A stretch of DNA of 20,000 nucleotides from an uncultured virus (IMG/VR IMGVR_UViG_3300025112_005926) (taxonomy: Duplodnaviria; Heunggongvirae; Uroviricota; Caudoviricetes), in the IMG/VR virus record IMGVR_UViG_3300025112_005926, one strand, 5' to 3'. Below, in pieces: positions 11,101 through 17,944 of this stretch (its first letter is position 1; every line of letters begins with the position of its first letter). The translations under genes were made by a program, and so were the position numbers. Under the pieces are notes generated by a model. It saw nothing but the letters and a program-made list of their open reading frames with translations. It was not told the DNA's origin and ran no database searches.

Positions 11101-12197
11101 TAACAACGGCAGTTACAAAAGGAGCGCTGACTTCCCTTCCTAGTTCCGCCGTAACCAAGCTTACGCCCGTGATTCCAAAAGTTGGCAATGTCATTTCAAA
11201 TCCTGCCGCATGCGATCATGAAGGAACCTACACAGCCCTTAACGAGTCGTCTCTTGGCGCAAATATTGCAGCTAACGCTTTTCTTTCAGGAATGAATATA
11301 ACTGTAAGCTATCCAGAAGAAGACGCAATCTCAACCGCCGCCGCCCCAATGTTGCCAACGAGTAAAGTTTTGGGGGAGGAGAGCAAATTCAACACAGCAA
11401 ACTTTAATACAATAGGTGGAAATTCTGAAACTTCTTTACAGGGTCAAGTCATCTATGGAGTTGACATTTCTTCTGTCGCTAACGCCATGGCAAACGGGCT
11501 AATGAATCAGGGAATTGTAACAACCACCGGAACGGTTGATGGAGCATTAAGTACAATAAGTTCTTTTGCGCCTGACAGTTCTAACACAACTGGTGAATTC
11601 TATGACACTTCTTTGCTAGGAAATGCCATTGAGGGCATGACAGAGACGGAGATCGCTGACATCCCAAATCAGATTAAGTCATTATTTGGTGCATCAAATG
11701 GGCCATTGGCAGAGATTGGAGGTATTACTGGAGATCCAGATATCACTCCTTTGCTGCAATATAACTTCTTTAGCATACAGAGGGTTGAAATGTTAACTGG
11801 TTTCGAGTTGTCTTCCACTTCAAATATGTCGCTAAATCAACCCACTTGGTTGCCTTTAAATATTGATGGATTTCCAGGAAATTCCGGAATGATTCTTTGT
11901 AGGATGTCTACATATGTTAACGGAAATTTGGGAATAACAGATCCCGGCAGCTATATGCTTCCAGTTTTAAGTAGGTATTTCTTGATATCATTGGCTCCAG
12001 AGGTTGGTGGAGTTTCTACTTTCCCCACTGGCGATATCTCGACTTCTTTCGGCGCCGCTGTTGTTGGAGAATTGGCTGCCAGCACTGTAAATAATTTAGG
12101 CAGTCTGGGATCAAATGGTACATCCAAATCTGACACTACTCTGTCGCTTTCGAAGCCAAATGTCAGTGAGCCAACTATACCGGGGATATATCCATGA
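8106..12197 (+). CDS. Large Ser/Ala/Thr-rich putative virion protein (~1363 aa)
   Basis: Long ORF. I prefer the ATG at 8106 (TAATG overlap with the upstream stop, GAGGAG at 8089-8094) over the GTG at 8094. It has a basic N-terminal patch, an Ala/Ser-rich centre with a short internal repeat, and a stop overlapping the next ATG (ATGA 12194-12197). Function is inferred from context only. Confidence 0.6.
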   Translation: MSYPIVEIKKITIDEASNFPPSTDPHAKNRSTTTRNAYGKRKNRKQADPRGGSGSGSNDTAPKNFAVLLKLSMTDFVDSDGAMTWYEDDDFVKYLSLQVVQSMDPKFTEAINTGAIKLLESEITKKGNFNRDKVTIFSLPLQNAKLGPLINRQVLINQTIRFDLPTDSPAHLAYFANVVLDVDAIAAATGADMSSRAIRDSIGAYTTETVFHNMQQSKTSTTYTGPDGVKVPGQVGIIAGKFVSATVVDDAEIVTDLQGILSDFSSPTSNLAKKYLLGITVITTSTAVDKLTDLSSEIAGWHARDEENDAGQIYLAAKEVHDKYSALVSAAPLLTPVVSTNNIITNNMAIQIISEEDINILFDPNAAIDDILGVNTTDTTLSSMLKEKQEVVYTFSDAFISRDAEGHCRFMFVMNLAELVARNSKFGKLLQNSNSEIRELLQSYTKLKSITISRHEVGDVNHPAAREIVTGVDVDGKICGALRYTSSTDRAHKIESTNGGILNSLSKIPFGGSEPQFVSEQNEIASGDILAGSISEISIFPTSLSSAASVDLRSFSVLDASVSQENSGEYGYKVTVNIEDNIADILTMKFSDLRKARKTLEAFYGESVKPCNYDNDLEGYTSWYVENLYEKFNITPAASTSLAVATAFDAIDFNDKLSSIVSSDSSALDDDPLYQAALATYAGSYQQIAPGGRPFLLPANRGLALERYAEGTSATPLELDPLYNSALSAYTHGSDGGAAIEAYSALPSPTAFSPGVKSAMTSDTSAAIDSSGTQASLAMVSQAIAGTVSSALAEAAEETGISKAPWITPVAIYAEVLNIFSNVNDSAALEMATEMTKKIDPASGTPDGILECINIFHTLESKISNVLKGDASNNNAASATTRSSAGSAGSSLSKIIRAENTFSSTFDAAIAKNNGMDYLGAKSTGVSGLQIVTSGQYFSRITDETNKYFDTLPTSTSPLSNIDSVESSYLSPAEILMPNFSIDTLASPWSPTPYVEAALTTAVTKGALTSLPSSAVTKLTPVIPKVGNVISNPAACDHEGTYTALNESSLGANIAANAFLSGMNITVSYPEEDAISTAAAPMLPTSKVLGEESKFNTANFNTIGGNSETSLQGQVIYGVDISSVANAMANGLMNQGIVTTTGTVDGALSTISSFAPDSSNTTGEFYDTSLLGNAIEGMTETEIADIPNQIKSLFGASNGPLAEIGGITGDPDITPLLQYNFFSIQRVEMLTGFELSSTSNMSLNQPTWLPLNIDGFPGNSGMILCRMSTYVNGNLGITDPGSYMLPVLSRYFLISLAPEVGGVSTFPTGDISTSFGAAVVGELAASTVNNLGSLGSNGTSKSDTTLSLSKPNVSEPTIPGIYP
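10116..10307 (+). repeat. Degenerate two-copy protein-level repeat within the 1363-aa ORF
   Basis: DPLYQAALATYAGS (starts 10116) and DPLYNSALSAYTHGS (starts 10263) are 147 nt (49 codons) apart. Confidence 0.7.
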
Positions 12198-14617
12198 TAG
12201 GAAAGACAAAAAACATATTTAATGTTGGCTTATATAGAACTGAGGATACTGGAAGGTCGACCGACAGCTTCAGAAGTGAACTGGGCAACAGGTTATATAT
12301 TAAAAAAGTAATATATGGCGATGAAAAAATTAACTCTGATGCTGTCTTATTTAAGAAAAGACAATCGATTAGAATAGTAGCTTCAGCAGACAAAATCGAG
12401 GCACAGACAACGACTGTTCTTTCTGCCGACGATCCATGGCTGACGATAGCTCAGACTTTAGTTCCAAACGGAAGAACATTTAGCGATCACGCATTTACAT
12501 ATGAATTGCCTTTTACGCCAGAAGAATTATCCACGGTGACAGACATAGCTAGCCCTTCCTTGTCAAATGTTGAATATGAATATAATTTTTATCAAAAAGA
12601 ATACGAAACCAGCCCTGCCATGGGAGGCTTCACTACCCAGATGTTGCCAAATCTTTATACATATTCTTTAGCAGTGAGTGGAGATCTCCTAAAATCAGAT
12701 AATGAAATCATGAGACATGTTACATTAAACGGGAATTTGATGCCAAAAGATGTTTCTAATCTCAACCGCCGCGGCGAAAAAAGCTTCAATATGAATACGG
12801 ATGAATATTATAAGAAGTTCGCTAGCGCCACAAAAAGAGCGACTGATTTTGGGACAATGCCAAACAACTATTCGCAGATAATGTTTCCCTCAACCGGCGT
12901 CAAGTTTGCTTTAGAAGCCAATGAGACAAAATATCTTTTTCCAATGTATGCTGATATAGAGTTCTCAACTGATACGATGACGCTTTTTGCTGACGCCATG
13001 AAGGAAACGAAAACGAGTTGCGTTTTCATGAAAGACATGCTCGATGCACAGATAGCAACATCTCCATGGAGCTTTGAGACGGTGCGCACGATTGAAGAGA
13101 CCGCAGTTCCAACGATTAAAGAAACTAGATCTGGAAAAGTATATGGCGTCTCAACTGAAAAATCTTTTGGCTCTGAAAGGCAGCGCTTAGATATCGGAGA
13201 GTGGATATTGAATGTAGCAAAAGCCGAGGCAACATCCGTTGATAACAAGGGCACATTTATGAGCATCTCAAACAAAGAGACGAAACTTGCTTCAAACCCC
13301 CTATACTCGACACAGAAAGATATCGCGCTATCGATTTTGCTTGGCAAGCTTCGTGGAATCATCGGAGCAAACTGGAGAACAGCCGATAATATCTTCACAG
13401 ATGACTTTGCATATTCAGAAACGGTGCTATATAAAATAGAAAAACACGCACAAAATGTGACGGATTCTCCGATGCAAGTATTTTGGATCCCAAACGCATC
13501 AGAGTTGGATGTCATGAAATTCGTTGACACGCAAGTAAAGTATAATACATCATATACTTATATCGTGAAGGCATATCAATTTGTTTTGGGAACTGAATAT
13601 ACTTATAGTAATCTGGCAGTTTCACAAAAAGTTGCCAGCCAGTGCGTTGAGTTAATAGATGTAAACACTCAACAGCCTGTCGCGCCGAAGGTGGGCGATG
13701 TAAAAATTTCTAAAAGTAGAATTTCAGATTCATCAGTTCTTTATATGACTCCATCCGGCGGTGAATTTTTCGCTGAATTTGATGTTATACAAGTTCCTTC
13801 CATAAAGCTTGTAGAGGTGCCATTCTCTCGCCATGAGGGGGTTTTTGTTGATAGCCCGCCCCTTCCTCCGAATGTAGAAGTTATACCCTACAGCGGCATG
13901 AGCAATGTAATGAAGTTTTATTTTGAGGGCTCAACCGGCGAAATAACTGAACAGCCTGTTATTTTTGACGAAGCAGACGCAATATTTGCTGAGGAGTATC
14001 GCAACACAAAAAGATTAGGCACCGACGATCCAATCACATATGGCGGAGATGACTATCCAATTTCATTCGAGATGTATAGGTTAACCTCTCCCCCAACTAA
14101 GTTTGAAGATTTTGCGAACAAGATGAGAGCATCAGTAACAACGACATCTTTATCATCAGGTCAGCCAATTAGGGCAGCAAGCGCTGCGTATGTTGATGCC
14201 ATCTCTCCAAATACGAAATATTATTATACATTTCGCTCCATCGATGTTCATGGAAAGAAGTCAAATCCTAGTGCTGTGTATGAAATAGAAGTAGTTGATG
14301 ACAACGGCGCAATATATCCCACAATTAGAACAGTTGAATTCTCTGAAGAAGTGCCGAAACAGGCGTCTATTCCGGCAAAGAGATACATTCAAATCTCTCC
14401 GAGATATCTACAGAGATTAATTAACGAGGATAAGTCAAATTTTGGTGATTATGACAGCGCCAAAGATATAACAGGAAATCTGGTAATGGGATTACAAGAC
14501 GAAACAGTTTGGAATAGAAAGTTTAAAATAAGGCTGGTATCCAAGAAGACGGGAAGGAAGTTGGATATTAATTTGAAATTTATTCAGAAATACAATAAAA
14601 GTGAAATCTCAGAGTAA
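12194..14617 (+). CDS. Putative virion structural protein, 807 aa, with two fibronectin type III/Ig-like segments
   Basis: ATGA coupling. FN3-like patterns: FVDTQVKYNTSYTYIVKAY (~13520-13577) and PPLPPNVEVIP...FEMYR...YVDAISPNTKYYYTFRSIDVHGKKSNPS (~13855-14272). Confidence 0.6.
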   Translation: MIGKTKNIFNVGLYRTEDTGRSTDSFRSELGNRLYIKKVIYGDEKINSDAVLFKKRQSIRIVASADKIEAQTTTVLSADDPWLTIAQTLVPNGRTFSDHAFTYELPFTPEELSTVTDIASPSLSNVEYEYNFYQKEYETSPAMGGFTTQMLPNLYTYSLAVSGDLLKSDNEIMRHVTLNGNLMPKDVSNLNRRGEKSFNMNTDEYYKKFASATKRATDFGTMPNNYSQIMFPSTGVKFALEANETKYLFPMYADIEFSTDTMTLFADAMKETKTSCVFMKDMLDAQIATSPWSFETVRTIEETAVPTIKETRSGKVYGVSTEKSFGSERQRLDIGEWILNVAKAEATSVDNKGTFMSISNKETKLASNPLYSTQKDIALSILLGKLRGIIGANWRTADNIFTDDFAYSETVLYKIEKHAQNVTDSPMQVFWIPNASELDVMKFVDTQVKYNTSYTYIVKAYQFVLGTEYTYSNLAVSQKVASQCVELIDVNTQQPVAPKVGDVKISKSRISDSSVLYMTPSGGEFFAEFDVIQVPSIKLVEVPFSRHEGVFVDSPPLPPNVEVIPYSGMSNVMKFYFEGSTGEITEQPVIFDEADAIFAEEYRNTKRLGTDDPITYGGDDYPISFEMYRLTSPPTKFEDFANKMRASVTTTSLSSGQPIRAASAAYVDAISPNTKYYYTFRSIDVHGKKSNPSAVYEIEVVDDNGAIYPTIRTVEFSEEVPKQASIPAKRYIQISPRYLQRLINEDKSNFGDYDSAKDITGNLVMGLQDETVWNRKFKIRLVSKKTGRKLDINLKFIQKYNKSEISE

Positions 14618-14630
14618 TAAGTAACTTGTG

Positions 14631-14665
14631 AACTATTTATACTGAAGAGATGTTATAATAGAGGT
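14631..14665 (+). promoter_or_regulatory. AT-rich intergenic control region: AACTATTTATAC, extended -10-like TGTTATAAT and SD GAGGT
   Basis: This is the largest gap in the structural block (14618-14671). TATTTATA lies at 14634-14641, TGnTATAAT at 14651-14659 and GAGGT at 14661-14665, 6 nt before ATG 14672. Confidence 0.5.
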
Positions 14666-14671
14666 ATACAA

Positions 14672-15586
14672 ATGGCATTTTTAGATAACAGCGGCGACAT
14701 CATACTTGATGCCGTCCTAACAGATACTGGCAGGTTTAGGTTAGCTAAGGGCGACGGAAGCTTTAAGATTACCAAATTTGCTCTCGCTGATGATGAAATA
14801 GATTATTCATTATATAACAAGGGTCATGCGAGTGGATCCGCATATTTTGATTTGGAGGTTTTACAAAGCCCTGTTTTAGAGGCGTTTACAAACAATGCCT
14901 CCTCGATGAAGTCGAAGCTGCTTTCGATAACGAGAACAGATCTGCTTTATCTCCCACTGATCGCGATCAACGATAAAACCACAAGCACAGCAAGGTATAC
15001 ATCTCTTCAGGAGTCTCCATATCTGGTTGCAGTTGATTCCACAACTGAGACGGCAATTAACTCTGCTGGAAGCACACAGGGAGTTATTAATGGAGAGACC
15101 CTTGGCAGTTCGACTTTTATAAGATTAGACCAAGGCCTTGATACACCAGAAAAATCTCCTGCATTTTCATTAGATGAAGATTTAGTTGAGACAGGATATA
15201 TTGTTGAAATGGATAATCGTTTTGGCACTATTACCACTAAAGGGGGAGTGACTCAAACCTATTCTTTCCTTGACGACGATAGCATGGCAACATATGTATT
15301 TAACCGCGATGTCGACACCGATCTTGTGAGAGATAATGCAGAGACAGACAGGTTGGGAACAGAAGTTATCAGAGGGCCCAGAGGAACAATTATAGAGTTC
15401 TCTATTAAATCTTCACTGGATTTGAATACTGGCACTTTTTTGTTCCAAGAAATCGGCTCAACAGACACGGATACCTTTTCTGGAAAGACTCTCTTTTATC
15501 TTGATACGACTGTTCGAGTAACGGGCTTGACAACAGGATACAGAATTGATGTACCAGTTAGGCTCTACAAGTGCAGCAGTTGCTAA
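14672..15586 (+). CDS. Putative tail/baseplate structural protein, 304 aa
   Basis: Good SD. The N-terminus ILDAVLTDTGRFRLAKGDGSFKITKFALADDEIDY resembles the first half of the P2 gpH-type tail-fibre N-terminal domain (LTxxG..LA...ITxFA+GD pattern). The protein is beta-rich and ends KCSSC. Confidence 0.65.
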   Translation: MAFLDNSGDIILDAVLTDTGRFRLAKGDGSFKITKFALADDEIDYSLYNKGHASGSAYFDLEVLQSPVLEAFTNNASSMKSKLLSITRTDLLYLPLIAINDKTTSTARYTSLQESPYLVAVDSTTETAINSAGSTQGVINGETLGSSTFIRLDQGLDTPEKSPAFSLDEDLVETGYIVEMDNRFGTITTKGGVTQTYSFLDDDSMATYVFNRDVDTDLVRDNAETDRLGTEVIRGPRGTIIEFSIKSSLDLNTGTFLFQEIGSTDTDTFSGKTLFYLDTTVRVTGLTTGYRIDVPVRLYKCSSC

Positions 15587-15603
15587 TAATATAGGAAAAA
15601 CTA

Positions 15604-16698
15604 ATGGCTACAACATTTAAAAAATTTACCAGCAATGACACGGTTTCTACAAGAACTTTGCTTCACGAGGCTATTCCTCTTACTGGAACAATAGTTTCTG
15701 GAACATATCATGAGGTTGGATCTGGAGACTTTAACGAAACTAATATTAAGAATTATTCTCATGGGATGTTTCAGAGTGTGTTTGATTATCCATATTTGAG
15801 TTCCTCTGCAAATCATGTTTTTGATATAGCTATAGGAATCGCCAGCGGTTCTGCTCTTTCTGGAACTTCAACCGTGCAAAATGCCAAGAAATGTGCAATA
15901 TATAATCAGATGGCACAGGTTTTGGTCGGTCACGATGTCACAGGAGGCATTCAGAAATTTGATCAAGATGGCAATATCGTCGGCGGCGGCACCAAGCTAC
16001 AGGAAGTATTCTTTATGAACTTCTCTAGGCTTCTTTCGAAGGATGAGATAAAGAAAGGATCTTTCTCCATTGGATTCGCTACTGGCGGCTTGACCACTGC
16101 AACCCACAGCCTTTTGACAATTAATGACTCTGGCGCCGGATCAGATTATAGAGTTAACTCTCCTGCTGGAGAATATGCGGTTCTTAACGGATCTGATGGC
16201 AATAAGCATGGGCTGCTGTATTACCAAGCCGGAATCGCAGTCGTAACTGCGTCTATATTCGCGAATAAGTTTGAGGTTATTGGGTTCGCTGGAACCCCGA
16301 AAATCGACGGCGGATTCGGAAGGCCCCACACCATAAATACCGCGTATGATACTGCATCAGTCGATGCGGTGTTTACAGGATCTAATATAACAGCATCATG
16401 TGATGGCTTACGAAACCGAATTAGCACGATTTCATTCAATAATACTACAGAACTTAATTCTACAATCTATTTCTGTCGAGCAAACCACAATGAATTTAAT
16501 TATAGTTCAAACCCAACTTATATCACAGCCAGCAAACTGCGAATCAAGAATGTCTCGACAGACACGCCAGTTTCATACATTACCTCCGTTGGTTTATATT
16601 CAGCAGATAATGAACTTTTGGCTGTCGCAAAATTATCTGAGCCTCTTAAAAAAGACCCATCAAATGAGTTGACACTTAGGGTGCGCCTCGACTATTAG
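15604..16698 (+). CDS. Putative tail/baseplate structural protein, 364 aa; paralog of 16708-17907
   Basis: AGGA upstream. The C-terminus YITSVGLYSADNELLAVAKLSEPLKKDPSNELTLRVRLDY matches the IxE+GL+dxxgxL+A+ pattern of tail-fibre/baseplate attachment domains. Confidence 0.7.
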   Translation: MATTFKKFTSNDTVSTRTLLHEAIPLTGTIVSGTYHEVGSGDFNETNIKNYSHGMFQSVFDYPYLSSSANHVFDIAIGIASGSALSGTSTVQNAKKCAIYNQMAQVLVGHDVTGGIQKFDQDGNIVGGGTKLQEVFFMNFSRLLSKDEIKKGSFSIGFATGGLTTATHSLLTINDSGAGSDYRVNSPAGEYAVLNGSDGNKHGLLYYQAGIAVVTASIFANKFEVIGFAGTPKIDGGFGRPHTINTAYDTASVDAVFTGSNITASCDGLRNRISTISFNNTTELNSTIYFCRANHNEFNYSSNPTYITASKLRIKNVSTDTPVSYITSVGLYSADNELLAVAKLSEPLKKDPSNELTLRVRLDY

Positions 16699-16707
16699 GA
16701 GGTCACC

Positions 16708-17907
16708 ATGGCGCTCTATAAGTTTGGGCAAAATGACATATTTCACAATCGGATAAAAACTCATCCGTCTGTGGAGTTTCACATATATGATAGCATAGTA
16801 TACTATAACAATCGTTCGCTAGAGGCAGGCAATTTTGTTAGCAGCGTTCCCAACGCCCAACCTGGCGAGCTTAGTCTGTATGAATTGAATGTAGATAGAG
16901 TATCTGGGTCAACTACTAAGCCGGATATCATATATACATTTATAGAGAAGGGCAATGATCTTTCGTCTTTCAAAACGGTGTCGACTAGTGATTTTGCACA
17001 AAATTATTCCTATGGAGATGTCGTTTCAAAGGATTATCCTTTTACTGCGAGCATTCATCGATCATGTTTCACTGCCTCTGCTCCCCGCCCTCGCATAACT
17101 TCCCTAAAGAATACTATGAACTACTATACTCCCTTGAGCAATCATTATAGTTTTTCTTCGTCGATGGGAGACAAAGAGAGTCAAGCGGTTAGTTTGATCA
17201 GTATACCGTCAATTTTTTATGGCTCTTCTATAAAGAAGGGAACAGTAAGTTTGAAATTCTATGTTTCTGGCGCTCTCCAAGCAGAACTTCAAGATAAGAA
17301 TAAGAATGGGGAATTGATTCAAGTTACTGGAACTTCTTATGCTACTACAAATGGAGACGGGCTTGTGGCTGGGGTTGTCTTATACAATGAAGGGTTTGTT
17401 TTATTAACAGGAAGCTGGAATATAAACGAGGATCAATTAGATTATTTGAACTCGCCTAGTAGTCTAAAATACGGCTCTTGGTTTCATTTTGGAGTTGGAG
17501 CTAACGAGGGAGATCAAGATAATGGTTCTAAAACATCCATGCTGCCATCAGCCAGCTTTAGCCTGTCGCTATCTGGAACGAATTATGTTCCTACGGTGAC
17601 AATGCTAGCTCATGCACCGAAAGGAGAATTAAACTATTCAGGAAATCCTACTTACATTTCTTATAGTTCTTCTGTGGGTCAATATACTTCATCTGTTGAG
17701 TATAGGGAAGTGTCGACAAATACAATTAAGAATACGGTCTCTTCATCTTACAGCACTCCGGATCCGGCATTTGAAAAGCAGGTATTCATCACCAAGGTCG
17801 GAATATATGATGAAAATAAGAATTTAATTGGGATTGCTTCAACAGCTTCACCGGTCAGAAAAAAAGAAAATCAAGACTATACATTCAAATTAAAACTTGA
17901 CTTTTAA
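16708..17907 (+). CDS. Putative tail/baseplate structural protein, 399 aa; paralog of 15604-16698
   Basis: Strong SD AGGAGGT overlaps the upstream TAG. The C-terminus is FITKVGIYDENKNLIGIASTASPVRKKENQDYTFKLKLDF. It shares IKKG, GxxxYxxG and NYSxNPTYI blocks with the upstream gene. Confidence 0.7.
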   Translation: MALYKFGQNDIFHNRIKTHPSVEFHIYDSIVYYNNRSLEAGNFVSSVPNAQPGELSLYELNVDRVSGSTTKPDIIYTFIEKGNDLSSFKTVSTSDFAQNYSYGDVVSKDYPFTASIHRSCFTASAPRPRITSLKNTMNYYTPLSNHYSFSSSMGDKESQAVSLISIPSIFYGSSIKKGTVSLKFYVSGALQAELQDKNKNGELIQVTGTSYATTNGDGLVAGVVLYNEGFVLLTGSWNINEDQLDYLNSPSSLKYGSWFHFGVGANEGDQDNGSKTSMLPSASFSLSLSGTNYVPTVTMLAHAPKGELNYSGNPTYISYSSSVGQYTSSVEYREVSTNTIKNTVSSSYSTPDPAFEKQVFITKVGIYDENKNLIGIASTASPVRKKENQDYTFKLKLDF

Positions 17908-17935
17908 GCTCAAGTATGATATATAGTATAAAGGA
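17897..17935 (+). promoter_or_regulatory. Possible sigma70-like promoter and SD for the 374-aa gene
   Basis: TTGACT at 17897-17902. TGa-TATATA follows at 17917-17925 (17-bp spacer), or TATAGT at 17922-17927 (19-bp spacer). AAGGA lies at 17931-17935. Confidence 0.4.
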
Positions 17936-17944
17936 ACCAAGCAA

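Noticed and set aside
8106..12197. Tape measure protein call for the Ala/Ser-rich 1363-aa ORF
   Set aside because: It lacks the long periodic helical, aromatic-spaced repeats of tape measures and contains many Pro-rich and beta-like segments.
12868..13530. 220-aa minus-strand ORF and the other short antisense or alternate-frame ORFs in the track (e.g. 4574-5002, 8910-9272, 9488-9889)
   Set aside because: They are nested within long + strand genes, have no recognisable motifs or evident SD, and are typical shadow ORFs.
15526..15555. Third CTTGACAAC, near the end of the 304-aa gene
   Set aside because: The -10 position reads TGTACC, a poor match, and the sequence is explained by the GLTTG codons. 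TTGACA at 18461 and 19732 likewise lack a -10.
16696..16698. Stop-codon reassignment (TAG or TGA), as in some large phages
   Set aside because: The TAG ends the 364-aa gene at LDY, exactly parallel to LDF-TAA in its paralog. TGA ends genes at ATGA overlaps, and coding density is already near-complete under the standard code.
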